DNA from: Actinomycetota bacterium
Lineage (GTDB): Bacteria > Actinomycetota > UBA4738 > HRBIN12
Assembly (NCBI GenBank): GCA_036280655.1
Contig: DASUQI010000058.1
Coordinates: forward strand, 2,258 to 66,257
Direction: 5' to 3'
Length of the DNA stretch: 64,000 nucleotides
The notes beneath the pieces were generated by a model. The model ran no database searches and was not told the origin of the DNA. It saw nothing but the letters and a program-made list of their open reading frames with translations. Numbering within the stretch: position 1 is the first letter of the stretch; the number at the start of each line of letters is the position of its first letter. The position numbers were made by a program, and so were the translations under genes. This document shows, piece by piece, positions 63,515 to 64,000 of this stretch.

Positions 63515-64000
63515 TCACGCCGTCGCGATCACCCAGAGCGCCCATTCGCTCTCATCGAAGACCTCCTCGGCCTGCTCGATGTCGAACCCTGCGTCGCGCA
63601 CGAGCCTCCGGCTGGTCGCAGCGTCGAAGTGGCTCCAGGACATCGGGGCGCCGAAGAAGTCCTCCTCGAGGTCCTCGGGGCTGTCGCTCGTGCCGAGTGT
63701 CCCGGCGAACAGACCCCCGGGGCGAAGCCACACATGCACGTTCGACAGGACCGACGCGTGTCGGTCCCTCTGCACGTGGATCAGCGTCCAGAAGGCCACC
63801 ACCGCGTCGAACGAACCCGGCTCGAACGCGACGTCCGCCATGTCGGCCCGGACGAGCAGGGCCTGTGGGGCGTTCGCCCGCGCGAGGGAGAGCTGGACCG
63901 CCGATCGGTCGAGCGCGACGACGCGCGCCCTTCGGCCGAGCTCCGCGGAGACCAGGCCCGCGCCGCACCCGAGGTCGAGAACCCGTCCGCCATCCGGGAC
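63515..64000 (-). CDS. Class I SAM-dependent methyltransferase (N-terminus runs off the right window edge)
   Basis: Manual extension of the 108-aa track ORF upstream to the edge gives ...PDGGRVLDLGCGAGLVSAELGRRARVVALDRSAVQ...FDAVVAFWTLIHV...LRPGGLF. Confidence 0.75.
   Translation of the reverse strand, partial: VPDGGRVLDLGCGAGLVSAELGRRARVVALDRSAVQLSLARANAPQALLVRADMADVAFEPGSFDAVVAFWTLIHVQRDRHASVLSNVHVWLRPGGLFAGTLGTSDSPEDLEEDFFGAPMSWSHFDAATSRRLVRDAGFDIEQAEEVFDESEWALWVIATA

Overview
This is a gene-dense, very high-G+C window (judged by eye, not computed). I call about 75 protein-coding genes. There is almost no intergenic space, and many neighbouring genes share 1-nt or 4-nt start/stop overlaps (ATGA, GTGA, TGATG, TAGTG). 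I recognised no rRNA, tRNA, CRISPR array, transposase or integrase.

Gene content suggests a chromosomal segment of an Actinomycetota-like organism, but this taxon call is inference only. The pointers are an F420-linked NpdG and an LLM oxidoreductase, an AccE-like peptide after pccB, birA next to a PH-domain membrane protein, and DUF4397, DUF1918 and DUF2087 proteins.

Main blocks:
1. 1-6249: a translationally coupled nurA-herA-sbcD(mre11)-sbcC(rad50) operon of archaeal type. sbcC is absent from the supplied ORF track because it runs off the left edge.
2. Scattered short-chain acyl-CoA metabolism genes: thiolase, two acyl-CoA dehydrogenases, crotonyl-CoA carboxylase/reductase, methylmalonyl-CoA epimerase, carboxylase beta, epsilon-like and alpha subunits, BirA, and a split-type B12 mutase catalytic subunit.
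3. 12727-15464: an atypical FtsH-like AAA metalloprotease divergent from an XRE regulator that is coupled to the epimerase.
4. 21911-24525: an uncharacterised four-gene operon of two membrane proteins, a cupredoxin-like protein and a zinc-ribbon protein.
5. 27033-30194: a zinc-ribbon, class III cyclase, STAND ATPase and TPR giant protein.
6. 30240-33947: an operon of two thiolase-fold proteins that appear to lack every thiolase catalytic residue, two DUF35 modules (one fused) and a VOC protein.
7. 34014-36959: K+ channel and KhtT/KhtU-like antiporter genes.
8. 42427-43323: a CarH/LitR-type B12 photoreceptor regulator flanked by related inverted repeats.
9. 46264-48414: a folE, RibD_C-reductase and O-methyltransferase trio.
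10. 48474-61187: a TCA-cycle island (sdhCDAB, two isocitrate dehydrogenase paralogues, two-subunit class I fumarase, mdh, citrate synthase). It contains a frameshifted methyltransferase and a small Cys-motif ORF coupled to fumarase.
11. 61671-63460: folD-metF.

Most of the long ORFs in the track are antisense or out-of-phase shadows typical of high-GC DNA, and I rejected them. All coordinates and start codons were derived by hand. Starts may be off by a few codons.
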